DNA of 49,545 bases from positions 1-49,545 of the forward strand of contig JADGGV010000001.1 of assembly GCA_019689775.1 (NCBI GenBank), written 5' to 3'. The stretch is from Gemmatimonadota bacterium. Lineage in GTDB: Bacteria; Gemmatimonadota; Gemmatimonadetes; Longimicrobiales; RSA9. The notes below the pieces were generated by a model that did not search any database, was not told where the DNA came from, and saw only the letters and a list, made by a program, of their open reading frames with translations. The first letter of the stretch is position 1; the number at the start of each line of letters is the position of its first letter. The position numbers and the translations under genes are program-made. This document shows positions 36,323 to 45,540 of the stretch, piece after piece.

Positions 36323-36976
36323 TCAGATGAGGTAGACAATGGTGAACAGGATGATCCAGACGAGATCCACGAAGTGCCAGTAGAGGCCCATGATCTCGAT
36401 CCCGCCGTGGTTCTCCTGCGTGTAGCGGCCGCGGAATGCCCGGATACTGGTGAAGATGAGGCACAGCACGCCGATCGTGACGTGCGCGCCGTGGAAGCCC
36501 GTCAACGTGTAGAACGTGGCGCCGTAGAGCGGGCCGCCGAGAACCGCCGTGCCGCCGTGCCGGCCGACCGCGTGGTACAGCGAGGCCATCGGGAGCATCC
36601 CCTCGCTCGCCAGCTTCGTGTATTCCACTCCCTGGATCGACAGGAACAGGATGCCCAGCGCCGTGGTGGCGAGCAGGAAGGTGCGAAGCCCCTTCTGGTC
36701 GCCGGCCTCGATCGCCGCGAACGCCTTCACCATCGAGACGCTGCTACAGATCAGGACGAACGTGTTGAACGCCGTGAGCGGCACGTTCAGCACCGTCCCC
36801 GGAGGCGGGTACGCCGTCGGGTGCGCGAAGCGCAGAATCACGTAGGAGCCGATGAGCCCCGAAAAGAACATGACCTCGGAGAGCAGGAACACCCACATCC
36901 CGAGCTTCATGTTGTAGACGCCCATGCCCGGCATTGGCCGGCGGTCGGGGTAGGTCAGCGCGGCAGCCTGGCTCAT
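36323..36976 (-). CDS. ctaE: Cytochrome c oxidase subunit III
   Basis: The motifs are GMWVFLLSEVMFFSGL, FYTLTGFHGAHVTIG and GLYWHFVDLVWI. Confidence 0.93.
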   Translation of the reverse strand: MSQAAALTYPDRRPMPGMGVYNMKLGMWVFLLSEVMFFSGLIGSYVILRFAHPTAYPPPGTVLNVPLTAFNTFVLICSSVSMVKAFAAIEAGDQKGLRTFLLATTALGILFLSIQGVEYTKLASEGMLPMASLYHAVGRHGGTAVLGGPLYGATFYTLTGFHGAHVTIGVLCLIFTSIRAFRGRYTQENHGGIEIMGLYWHFVDLVWIILFTIVYLI

Positions 36977-37005
36977 GGCCGGCCTCCTCTCTCACCGGTT
37001 GAGGT

Positions 37006-38781
37006 TCAATTGCCGGCGGGCGCCAGGGTCGGCGCCGGCGACGGCCGCTCCAACGGGGGGCGGTCCTGCGGGAGATAATCCACCGGCGAGTCGGGCGAGC
37101 TGTACTCGTACGGCCCGCGGTAGACGATCGGCGTGACCTCGAAGTTCCCATGCGGCGGCGGCGAGGGCGCGGCCCACTCGAGCGTGTTGGCGTGCCACGG
37201 GTTCGTCTCCGCCTTCCGGCCCTTGAAGAGGCTCCACAGGAAGTTGAACACGAAGATGAGCTGGGTCGCGCCAAGGAGGAACGCGTTCACCGAGACGAAC
37301 TCGTTCATCGGCTGCACCGGCTGGAGGTGCGGGTACTGCGTCGGGTCATAGAGCCGGCGCATCATCCCGGCGATGCCGAGCAGGTGCATCGGGAAGAACG
37401 TGAGGTTGAAGAAGATGAACGTCAGGAAGAAGTGAATCTTGCCTAGCGTCTCATTCATCATGCGCCCGAACATCTTCGGGAACCAGTATGTAATTGCCGC
37501 GAAGATGCCGAACAGGGATCCGCCGAAGAGCACGTAATGGATGTGCGCGACCACGAAGTAGGTGTCGTGGAGCGGGATGTCCACGGGTGTGGCGGCTACG
37601 AACATGCCGGACAGTCCGCCGATCACGAACATCGAGACGAAGGCGAGCGCGTTCAGCATCGGTACGTGGAAGCGGATGCTGCCGCCCCAGAGCGTGCCGA
37701 GCCAGTTGAAGGTCTTGATGGCGGAGGGCACCGCGATCACGAGCGTCGAGACCATGAAGTAGCCGCCCAGCACGGGGTTCATGCCGCTCATGAACATGTG
37801 GTGGCCCCAGACGATCCAGCCGAGGAACGCGATGGCGATCATCGCGCCGACCATGGCGGGGTACCCGAAGATCGGCTTGCGGGCGCCGTTGGCGAGGATC
37901 TCGGAGACGAAGCCCATGGCCGGGAGGATCAGGATGTAGACCTCCGGGTGGCCGAAGAACCAGAACATGTGCTGCCAGAGGAGCGGCTGGCCGCCGTTGG
38001 CCGGCAGGAAGAAGGTCGTCCCGATCGTCTGATCGAAGTAGAGCAGGATCAGCGCGCCGGTCAGGATCGGGATGGCAAGCAGGATGAGGATCGCGGTGAT
38101 GAAGAGCGCCCAGACGGGGAGCGGCAGGCGGAACCAGGTCATCCCGGGCGCGCGCATGTTGATGACGGTAGTGATGTAGTTCACCGCGCCCATGAGCGAG
38201 GAGAAGCCGAGGATGATGAGGCTGAGGCACCAGAGCTGCTGGCCGGTGTGCACGCCGCTGTACTCCGGCACGGCGCTGAGCGGCGCATAGGAGGTCCAGC
38301 CGGCGCCGGCGGAGCCGCCGGCGACGAGGAAGCTCGCGAGCATCATCAGCCCGGCCGGCACCGCGGTCCAGAAGGACGCCATGTTGAGGCGCGGGAAGGC
38401 CATGTCGGGCGCGCCGATCTGGAGCGGGATGAGGTAGTTCGCGAAGACGCCCACGAGCAGCGGCATGATGGCGAAGAAGATCATGAACGTGCCGTGCATC
38501 GTGACGAGGGCGTTGTAGAACTCGGGGAGCATGACGCCGCCCGGCGCCTTGGCGTCACCGAGGATGGCGCCGCCGGGGATCGGGCGTCCCGGCCAGCCGA
38601 GCTGCCAGCGCATCGTCATGGCGAGAAGGCCACCGACGAGCAGGAAGAACAGGCTCATGAAGAGGAACTGGATCCCGATGATCTTGTGATCGGTCGAGAA
38701 GATGTATTTCCGGACGAAGCTGCGGTCGTCGTGGTGCAGCGCGTGCGCCTGAGCTTCGTGCGGCAGGGCGATCGTGCTCAT
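37006..38781 (-). CDS. ctaD: Cytochrome c oxidase subunit I (A-type haem-copper oxidase)
   Basis: The motifs are TDHKIIGIQFLF, WFFGHPEVYILILP, WGHHMF and VVAHIHYVLFGG. Confidence 0.96.
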   Translation of the reverse strand: MSTIALPHEAQAHALHHDDRSFVRKYIFSTDHKIIGIQFLFMSLFFLLVGGLLAMTMRWQLGWPGRPIPGGAILGDAKAPGGVMLPEFYNALVTMHGTFMIFFAIMPLLVGVFANYLIPLQIGAPDMAFPRLNMASFWTAVPAGLMMLASFLVAGGSAGAGWTSYAPLSAVPEYSGVHTGQQLWCLSLIILGFSSLMGAVNYITTVINMRAPGMTWFRLPLPVWALFITAILILLAIPILTGALILLYFDQTIGTTFFLPANGGQPLLWQHMFWFFGHPEVYILILPAMGFVSEILANGARKPIFGYPAMVGAMIAIAFLGWIVWGHHMFMSGMNPVLGGYFMVSTLVIAVPSAIKTFNWLGTLWGGSIRFHVPMLNALAFVSMFVIGGLSGMFVAATPVDIPLHDTYFVVAHIHYVLFGGSLFGIFAAITYWFPKMFGRMMNETLGKIHFFLTFIFFNLTFFPMHLLGIAGMMRRLYDPTQYPHLQPVQPMNEFVSVNAFLLGATQLIFVFNFLWSLFKGRKAETNPWHANTLEWAAPSPPPHGNFEVTPIVYRGPYEYSSPDSPVDYLPQDRPPLERPSPAPTLAPAGN

Positions 38782-38824
38782 GTCCCTTCCTCTGTGCTCG
38801 GGAAGCGCGGCGTCGCCGCGGTGG

Positions 38825-39517
38825 TCACCGGGCCGCGTCGGCGGTCCGCACCTGCGTCTGCTGCTGGACCCAGCGCTGGAAATCCTCCTGCGACTGCACG
38901 ATCACGCGCCCCCGCATGCGGTAGTGACCGAGGCCGCAGAGCTCGGCGCAGCCGAGGACGAACTCTCCGGTCTTCGTCGCCTGGAACCAGGCGGGGATCT
39001 CCATGCCGGGGACGGCGTCCTGCTTCAGCCGGAACTGCGGGAGGAAGAACGAGTGGATGACGTCCTCGGCGCGGAGCGTGATGTGGACGGGGACGCCGAC
39101 GGGGATGTCGAGCTCGTTACGCTTCTCGAAGTCGTCGGCGGTGCCGAAGCGGCCGTCGAGCCCCGGGTAGGTGACGTGCCACTCGAACTGCTTCGCCGTG
39201 ACGTTGAGCTCGAGGCCGCCGCGCGGGAAGCGGGCCGGCTCCTTGACGGCGTACCAGAGCGGCTGGCTCGCGAGGCCGAGGAAGAAGACGATCGCGAACG
39301 TGGCCGTCGTCCAGATGATCTCGAGCCGCGTGTTGCCGTGGCTGAAGATGGCCCGGCGACCCTCACGGGCCCGGTACTTCACGATGTAGTAGACCAGCAG
39401 GACCTCGACGAGCACGAAGACGATGCCCGTGATCCAGAGGATCGTGAAGAAGAGCGAGTCGATGCGCGGGCCGAACGTCGAGACGTCCTCCGGGAGCGGC
39501 ATCCACCAGCGTTCCAT
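38825..39517 (-). CDS. ctaC: Cytochrome c oxidase subunit II (CuA site present, no fused cytochrome c domain)
   Basis: Two N-terminal TM helices are followed by DVIHSFFLPQF and the CuA motif CAELCGLGHYRM. The 230-aa protein contains no CxxCH. Confidence 0.92.
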   Translation of the reverse strand: MERWWMPLPEDVSTFGPRIDSLFFTILWITGIVFVLVEVLLVYYIVKYRAREGRRAIFSHGNTRLEIIWTTATFAIVFFLGLASQPLWYAVKEPARFPRGGLELNVTAKQFEWHVTYPGLDGRFGTADDFEKRNELDIPVGVPVHITLRAEDVIHSFFLPQFRLKQDAVPGMEIPAWFQATKTGEFVLGCAELCGLGHYRMRGRVIVQSQEDFQRWVQQQTQVRTADAAR

Positions 39518-39552
39518 GGGCCGACCTCCTCCGCGGGTTGTGGCCCGGCGCC

Positions 39553-40425
39553 TCAGCGGGCCGCGCCGTGGCTGGTGCCGGGGTGGGCGTGGGCGGCCAC
39601 GCGCGGGGCGCCGGGCGCCGGCGCGCGAGCGGTCGCGTTACCGTCGTAGGTGAAGTCCAGCGTCTTCGTCTCGTTGGGGCCCAGCGTCACCTGCTGCGTC
39701 TTGGTGCCGTACTTCTCGTGCCACGCGGTGATCGTGTAGGTGCCCGGCGGCAGGTTGCCGATCGTGTACTTGCCGCCGTTGGCGCTGGCCGCGAAGTACG
39801 GATGGTCGAAGACGGCGATGGTGGCGTGCATCCAGTTGTGGACGTTGCACTCCACGGGGATGTCCGGCTCGGCCACGTCGAACGTCCGCGCGGTCTCCAT
39901 CGTCGTCGGCTGGCTGATGTTGAACGGCCGGTTCTTCGTCGGCTTCGTCTTGATGTTGTGGAGGATGCCGTCGGCGTTCTTGATGGTGAGCTTCTGGCCG
40001 ACCTGCATGACCACGACGTGCGGCTTGTAGATGCAGCCGTCCTGGTCGATCTCGGCGGGTTGCGCCGGCGGCGCGTAGGTCTGGGCCGGCAGCCCCTCGC
40101 TCACGTAGACGACGACGTTCTCGAGCCCGCCGTCGTCGACGACGACCTCGTCCGTCGTCACGCCGCCCGGGTGCTTCTGCGCGCACACCGGCTCGCTCGA
40201 CATGTCGATGGGCGTGCCCGCCGGCGGCGTCCCGGTGAACCGGATCGTCCCGGTGAGGGTGGCCGCGTCGGCGACCGGCGCCGCCGGGGCGGCCTTCTGC
40301 TCGCCCGCCGGGGCGGCGCCGGAAGCGGCCTGCTCGCCGTCGGGTCTCGAGCCGCCGCACGCGGCCAGCGCCGCGGCCGCCACGATCACGAAAAGCTTCT
40401 CGACGCGCGCCATACGGTTCGACAT
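39553..40425 (-). CDS. Lipoprotein with a cupredoxin-like domain (putative type-1 Cu site) and a CarboxypepD_reg-like C-terminal domain
   Basis: A lipobox is present (VAAAALAAC). Candidate Cu ligands are ILHNIK and ECNVHNWM (C-x2-H-x2-M). The C-terminus reads KYTIGNLPPGTYTITAWHEKYGTKTQQVTL. GGAGG lies upstream of the ATG at 40425. The tracked ORF extends to 41115. Confidence 0.7.
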   Translation of the reverse strand: MSNRMARVEKLFVIVAAAALAACGGSRPDGEQAASGAAPAGEQKAAPAAPVADAATLTGTIRFTGTPPAGTPIDMSSEPVCAQKHPGGVTTDEVVVDDGGLENVVVYVSEGLPAQTYAPPAQPAEIDQDGCIYKPHVVVMQVGQKLTIKNADGILHNIKTKPTKNRPFNISQPTTMETARTFDVAEPDIPVECNVHNWMHATIAVFDHPYFAASANGGKYTIGNLPPGTYTITAWHEKYGTKTQQVTLGPNETKTLDFTYDGNATARAPAPGAPRVAAHAHPGTSHGAAR

Positions 40426-40451
40426 GGTTCCTCCCTCGCGAGGTGAACGCA

Positions 40452-42095
40452 TCAGTCGCCCTTGCTGCCGCCCTGCTTCTCCCTCCGTTGCGCCCGGGCC
40501 ACCACCAGGATGCCGAACCCGGCGGTGAGCGCGGCGGTGGCGATCGGTGTGGTATAGACCGTCTTCGGCGTCGGCTCGTCGAGGTAGACGTGGTACCAGG
40601 CGCTGACCGCGCCCTTCGTCCCCGACTCGCCGTTCGAGCCGTCCCAGGCGAAGAACGCGATCGGGATCGCCTCGCCCTGCACCAGGGTGAGCCGGTCGCC
40701 GCCGCCCGGTGCCGCGAGCGGGCGGGTGAGCACGAGGCGCCACTGGCCGCGGTCGAAGACCGCCTGTGACCGGAGCGTGGACGGACCCGGGATCGGCGTG
40801 ATGTTCGCCAGGCCGCGCGCCGTGGCCTCGACGGCGGCGGGCGCATCGCTGCGCCAGTACCAGAGATAGACGGGGTTGCGGGCGTCGCCCATGAGGAAGT
40901 ACGGGCGCTCCATCCCCTGCGGGATCTCGCGCGGGAACTGGACGGCGAAGGCGTCGCCGAGCGCCGGCACGGCCGGGGTTGCGCCGGCGGGTGACGCGCG
41001 ATCCGCCGGCGCGGGCGGGGCGGCGTCGGAGCCGCTCGTCCCGCTCGTGGCCGCGGCCGGCGCGGCGGCGGAGTCCTCCTTCGGCCCCATGACCTCCGTC
41101 ACCCTCCGCTGCCACTCCGACCAGCGAGGGTCGGGACTCCTCGAGCGATCGTCCCAGACCAGCCGGATCGCGAGGTCACGGCCGTTGTGGAGCGCCTGGA
41201 CCCAAACGGCGTCGACGGCCGGCGAGAACCAGCGCGGCTTGATGATCACCTGCCCGACGAGCGGGATGTAGGCGCGCTCCGCGACGTTCCAGGCGGAATC
41301 GTCCGGGCTGGTCGGCAGCCGCCCCTCCACGAGGCGCGCACGGATCACCTCGGGCGGCTCCGGCGGCTCCTTCGGCGAGAGGCTCCGGACGTACTGCGCC
41401 ACGTGCCAGAGCTGCTCGTCCGTGACCACCTTCGCCGCGAGCATGTCGTTGAACGACGGCATGGGCGTGCCGTCGAGCCCGGTGCGGAGGCGACGATAGA
41501 TGTCCTCGACCGAGCCGCCCCCGCGGAACCGCCAGTTCTCCTCGAGGTTGGCCGGGCGGATCGGGAAGTGGGAATCGTCCTCCTGCGTGCTCGCCGAGGG
41601 GCCGTCGCCCCGGGCGGCGCGGCCGTGGCACTTGAAGCACTCCAGCTTCTCGTACGTCCGGCGGCCGTCTTCGATGGCGGCGGCATTCTCGGGCGGCGCC
41701 TTCGAGAAGGCGACGACGTCCGGCTTCTGCTGGAACGCGGTGGAGAACGTCTTGATGTACTGCACGAGCGCATCACGGTCGCTCTCGGAGAGCACGTCCG
41801 TCCACCCCGGCATCGCCGAGCCGGGCATGCCGTCGTCGATCACGTGACGCAGGTCGGCGTCCGTCGGCACGGAGCCGCTGCTCGTCGTGCGGACCTTGAA
41901 GAGCGCGCGGGTGAAGTCCCGCGGCCGTGGGAGCATGGTGCTCGCCGCCGGCCCGTCGCCCTTGCCGTCGGAGCCGTGGCAGCCGGCGCACCACTTCTCG
42001 TAGATCGCCTTTCCGGCCGGCGCCTGCTGCCCGGCGGCCGGCGCGGCCGCGAGCGCCACGAGCAGCGCGGCCGTCCCCGCGAGGCGCGCGCTCAC
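40452..42095 (-). CDS. Di-haem c-type cytochrome fused to an EB_dh (ethylbenzene-dehydrogenase-like, haem-b-binding) domain, with a C-terminal TM anchor
   Basis: A signal peptide is followed by the haem-c motifs CAGCH and CFKCH. The C-terminal half (AFAVQFPREIPQGMERPYFLMGDARNPVYLWYWR) resembles the EB_dh/DOMON-like family. The terminal helix is PIATAALTAGFGILVVA. The GTG start at 42095 overlaps the upstream stop (GTGA). Confidence 0.75.
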   Translation of the reverse strand: MSARLAGTAALLVALAAAPAAGQQAPAGKAIYEKWCAGCHGSDGKGDGPAASTMLPRPRDFTRALFKVRTTSSGSVPTDADLRHVIDDGMPGSAMPGWTDVLSESDRDALVQYIKTFSTAFQQKPDVVAFSKAPPENAAAIEDGRRTYEKLECFKCHGRAARGDGPSASTQEDDSHFPIRPANLEENWRFRGGGSVEDIYRRLRTGLDGTPMPSFNDMLAAKVVTDEQLWHVAQYVRSLSPKEPPEPPEVIRARLVEGRLPTSPDDSAWNVAERAYIPLVGQVIIKPRWFSPAVDAVWVQALHNGRDLAIRLVWDDRSRSPDPRWSEWQRRVTEVMGPKEDSAAAPAAATSGTSGSDAAPPAPADRASPAGATPAVPALGDAFAVQFPREIPQGMERPYFLMGDARNPVYLWYWRSDAPAAVEATARGLANITPIPGPSTLRSQAVFDRGQWRLVLTRPLAAPGGGDRLTLVQGEAIPIAFFAWDGSNGESGTKGAVSAWYHVYLDEPTPKTVYTTPIATAALTAGFGILVVARAQRREKQGGSKGD

Positions 42096-42898
42096 CGCGC
42101 ACCTCCTTCCGCGGTGTCCCACGTCCGCGGCGTCCACCCGGTCTGGTCGTAGAGGAAGATGATGACGGCCCAGATCTCCCGCTCGGTGAGGAAGTCCTCC
42201 CAGGCGGGCATCGCGGAGTTCCATGGCGTGCCCTCCTTCGGCAGGCCCCGTCCGCCCTTGGCGATCCGCCAGAAGACGAAGCTCTCCGTGAGCTGGGGAA
42301 TCGTACCGTTGTCCGTGAAGTCGGCCGGCGGCGGGTTGAACCCGTGGGCGAAGTGCCCCTTGCCGTTGAGCTGGTCGCCGTGGCAGGCGACGCAGTTCTG
42401 GTAGTAGACGCGGCGGCCTTCCTCGACGTGGTCGCGCAGGTTCCCTTCCTTGCGCAGCGGGTTCTCGAGCCCCGCCAGCGTCATGGTCTTGCCGCGGAAC
42501 GTGATGGTGGACGGCGGCGCCGGGTGGATCGAGCGCAGGTTCGGCGGCGCCTCGACGGAGGGCCGGACCTGCCGGTAGGTGATGAACCCGGCGAGGAGCG
42601 GGACGGTCACGAGGAGCGCCAGTCGATAGAGGCGCTGGCTCGGGTCGACCAGCACACGCTGGATCGGCGCCTTGAACGCCCGCCAGCGATCCTCCGTCGC
42701 GCTGACGTAGAGCAGGACGCCGACGGCGACGGTCAGCATGTACTGGAGCAGCACCGTATGTGGGACGGGCGCGCTCTTCACGCCGAGCAGCGGCGGGATG
42801 TAGGCGATGCCGAAGCGGAACAGCAGGTACGCGACGGCCAGGATCAGCAGCGCCTGCACGAACGGATGGGAGAGTCGGCTCTTCACGACGTCCCTCAC
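42092..42898 (-). CDS. Membrane-anchored mono-haem c-type cytochrome (three N-terminal TM helices)
   Basis: The haem-c motif is CVACHGDQ, and AMPAW supplies a candidate distal Met. The probable GTG start at 42898 overlaps the upstream stop (GTGA). An alternative GTG lies at 42886. Confidence 0.75.
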   Translation of the reverse strand: MRDVVKSRLSHPFVQALLILAVAYLLFRFGIAYIPPLLGVKSAPVPHTVLLQYMLTVAVGVLLYVSATEDRWRAFKAPIQRVLVDPSQRLYRLALLVTVPLLAGFITYRQVRPSVEAPPNLRSIHPAPPSTITFRGKTMTLAGLENPLRKEGNLRDHVEEGRRVYYQNCVACHGDQLNGKGHFAHGFNPPPADFTDNGTIPQLTESFVFWRIAKGGRGLPKEGTPWNSAMPAWEDFLTEREIWAVIIFLYDQTGWTPRTWDTAEGGAR

Positions 42899-43683
42899 TT
42901 TCGGGAGGCGAGATAGCGGACGAGCGCCTCGAGCTGCGCGGCGCTGAGCCGCTCCCCGAAGTCCTTCGGCATGATCCCGGCGACCTTCTCGTAGCCCTTC
43001 GCGGTGTCGGCGTTCGGGTCGAGGATCGACCGGCGGATGTAGTCGGCGGTCCTCGTGGCGCCGATGTGGTCGAGCGGCGGCGCGATCGTCGTCCCCTCGC
43101 TGCCGAGGTGGTGGCAGGTGAGGCAGGTGTTCTCGCGGAGGAGCGCGACCGGGTCGGTCGTCGCGCTGCGGGCCGGCGCGGCCGGGGCCACGCCCTGCGC
43201 CGGCGCCGGCGCGGCGGCCTTCACGTCCGCGGCCGAGACCGTGACCTCCCCGCCCTGGCTCTCGAGGAAGGCGACGAGGGCCCAAATCTGCGCCGGCGAG
43301 AGCGTGCGGCTCATGTCGGGCATGATCGGCTGATAGCCCGGGACGACGTACGCGGTCGGCTTGACCAGCGACTCGTGCAAGTAGTCCTTGCACGTCATCC
43401 CCGGCTTCCGCGTGCCGCAGCGGGCGCCGATCGTGCCCTGGCCGTGCTCATCGGTGAGGAGGTTCGGCGCGCGCGTGCCCAGCCCGTGGCACGCGGTGCA
43501 GCCGCCCGCGCCGTTGAACAGCTCCTCGCCGGCGGAGACGAGCTGCTCCGGGGTGACGTCGCCCGAGAGGTTCATCTCCCGGGGGACCTCGGACTCCACC
43601 TGGGGGATGGCGTTGCAGACGACGGTGTAGAGCCCGATCGTGCCGAGCACGACGGCGGCGATCCGGAGATTCGTCGCCCCCAT
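42895..43683 (-). CDS. Membrane-anchored di-haem c-type cytochrome
   Basis: The N-terminal TM helix is LRIAAVVLGTIGLYTVV. The haem-c motifs are CTACHGLG and CLTCHHLG, each followed by a Met-containing segment (PIMPDM and AGIMPKDF). Confidence 0.8.
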   Translation of the reverse strand: MGATNLRIAAVVLGTIGLYTVVCNAIPQVESEVPREMNLSGDVTPEQLVSAGEELFNGAGGCTACHGLGTRAPNLLTDEHGQGTIGARCGTRKPGMTCKDYLHESLVKPTAYVVPGYQPIMPDMSRTLSPAQIWALVAFLESQGGEVTVSAADVKAAAPAPAQGVAPAAPARSATTDPVALLRENTCLTCHHLGSEGTTIAPPLDHIGATRTADYIRRSILDPNADTAKGYEKVAGIMPKDFGERLSAAQLEALVRYLASRK

Positions 43684-43731
43684 ACGGATGCGTCCCCTCC
43701 CTCCGGGGCGAGGCCCCGGACCGTAGGAGCG

Positions 43732-45540
43732 TCAGTCTGCGCCGCCGGCGATGGCGAGCTCCCGCTCCGGCGCCCGCTCGGCGCCCGCCGCCGCGGGCGG
43801 GGCGTACGTGGACTTCTCGACGAGCCCGCCGAGCCAGAAGACGATGGCGATGAGCGCCAGGAAGATGAGCACGCAGACGCTGATCATCTTCGATGCGTAG
43901 CCGAGGGCCGGCGTGGCGGCCCACGGACTCGTGTCGCGCATGACGTTCCAGACGTGCCAGTGCTGGCGGATGCCGCTGCGGGCGAAGCCCATGAGGCCCA
44001 TGAGCCAGGTGAACGTGACGGCCAGCACGAGGAGGGCGTACTGCGAGCGCGCGGGCATCTGGCCCCAGCGGATCGCGCCGCGCGATTCGGCGCCGCGGAG
44101 CATCAGCACGTCCAGGACGAGGACCGTGACGATCGTCACGATCACGGAGAGCACCTGGTAAACGCTGAAGCCGATGCGGACGATCGCGGTGACGAAGTAG
44201 CCGTAGACGCCGAAGAAGATCACGATGGCGGCGGAGATGGCGAACAACGCCGCCTGGACGCGGGTAGCGGCGCGCGCCCAGGAGACGCTCGGCCGCTTGT
44301 TCGCCCGCCGATAGAGCAGGTACGACAGGAAGGTGCTGAGGATCATGAGGTTGACGGCCGTGTTCTTGGCGCTCATGACCCCGAGGAACCCGAGGAGCGG
44401 ATGGTGGGAGCCGCCCATGGCGGCCTGCTCGGCGCGCGAGGCGATCATGGTGTGCGGCGTCGACCAGACGAGCACGCCGAGGACGAGGACGCCGAGGATC
44501 CAGCGCGTGTAGGGGGTGAAGCGCTCGGCGCCGGGGATCCGCGCCATGCCGACCCAGAGATAGTAGTTGCCCGCAAGGAACAGCACGCCGATGAGGAAGG
44601 CCTGGATGATCCAGAGCCAGCTCATGAAGCCGCCCATCATCGTGATGCCCATCCCCTGGTCGTACTGATAGATCTCCCGCCCGAGCCAGTAGCCGGCGAA
44701 GGGGAGGATGAGCAGGCTGCTGATCGCGATGAAGTTCCCGACGTACCCCATCCAGTCGTAGTGGGCGCGCTCCTCGTCGGTCCGCGCCGCCAGGAAGCGG
44801 TAGGCGGCGTACGCGCCGACGATCGAGCCGCCGAACACGACGTTGGCGATCAGGCGGTGAATGTTGATCGGCATCCAGGTCGCGTTGGCCATCGCGCTCC
44901 AGAGGCGGATCGTCTCCGGCGCGGTGTCGGTCGAGACCTGGGGCGGCGGGCTCATCATGTAGCTGAGCCAACTGTCGGCGATGAACATGACGGCGGTGCC
45001 CCAGAGGTTCAGGAGCACGCCGAGCCCGAGGTGGATCTTCTTGCGGATGCCGTCCTTCAGGGATTCCCAGCCGTAGTAGTACAGGTAGAGCGTGAACGAC
45101 TCGAAGAAGAACAACCCTACGTAGACCCACATGGAGACGTGGAATATCGTGCTCATGTAGGTCCAGAACTTCGGGTAGAGCGTACTCAGGAAGAAGACGA
45201 GTATCGCCCCCCAGATGGCCGTGGCGCTGTAGGCGATGAGGAGGAGTCGGGTAAACTCCTTCGCCAGCTTGTCGTAGCGCTTGTCGGTGCCGAAGATGCC
45301 GATCGCCTCGACGGTGACCGCGAAGAGGGGGACGCCGAGCACGAAGGCGGCGAACATCAGGTGCACCTCGGCCGCGATCCAGATCGCGCCGCGCCCGCCG
45401 ACGAGCGGGAAGTTGCCGTAGTCGCGCGCGGCGGCCGCCTGTTGGGCGAACGCCGGGACCGCCACCGCACCCAGCATCAGGAGGACGAGGCCGCCGAAAC
45501 CGGCCAGCCGAGGGAACGAGACCCGCGACTCAGGCGTCAT
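43732..45540 (-). CDS. Cytochrome bd ubiquinol oxidase subunit I (CydA)-like membrane protein, divergent, with no partner CydB
   Basis: 602 aa and polytopic. By-eye matches to CydA blocks are AAEVHLMFAAFVLG (TM1 His), GLFFFESFTLYLYYYGW, KKIHLGLG...FIADSWLSYMMSPP and NIHRLIANVVFGGSIVGAYAAYRFL. There is no long Q-loop. Extra C-terminal helices are present. Confidence 0.7.
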   Translation of the reverse strand: MTPESRVSFPRLAGFGGLVLLMLGAVAVPAFAQQAAAARDYGNFPLVGGRGAIWIAAEVHLMFAAFVLGVPLFAVTVEAIGIFGTDKRYDKLAKEFTRLLLIAYSATAIWGAILVFFLSTLYPKFWTYMSTIFHVSMWVYVGLFFFESFTLYLYYYGWESLKDGIRKKIHLGLGVLLNLWGTAVMFIADSWLSYMMSPPPQVSTDTAPETIRLWSAMANATWMPINIHRLIANVVFGGSIVGAYAAYRFLAARTDEERAHYDWMGYVGNFIAISSLLILPFAGYWLGREIYQYDQGMGITMMGGFMSWLWIIQAFLIGVLFLAGNYYLWVGMARIPGAERFTPYTRWILGVLVLGVLVWSTPHTMIASRAEQAAMGGSHHPLLGFLGVMSAKNTAVNLMILSTFLSYLLYRRANKRPSVSWARAATRVQAALFAISAAIVIFFGVYGYFVTAIVRIGFSVYQVLSVIVTIVTVLVLDVLMLRGAESRGAIRWGQMPARSQYALLVLAVTFTWLMGLMGFARSGIRQHWHVWNVMRDTSPWAATPALGYASKMISVCVLIFLALIAIVFWLGGLVEKSTYAPPAAAGAERAPERELAIAGGAD

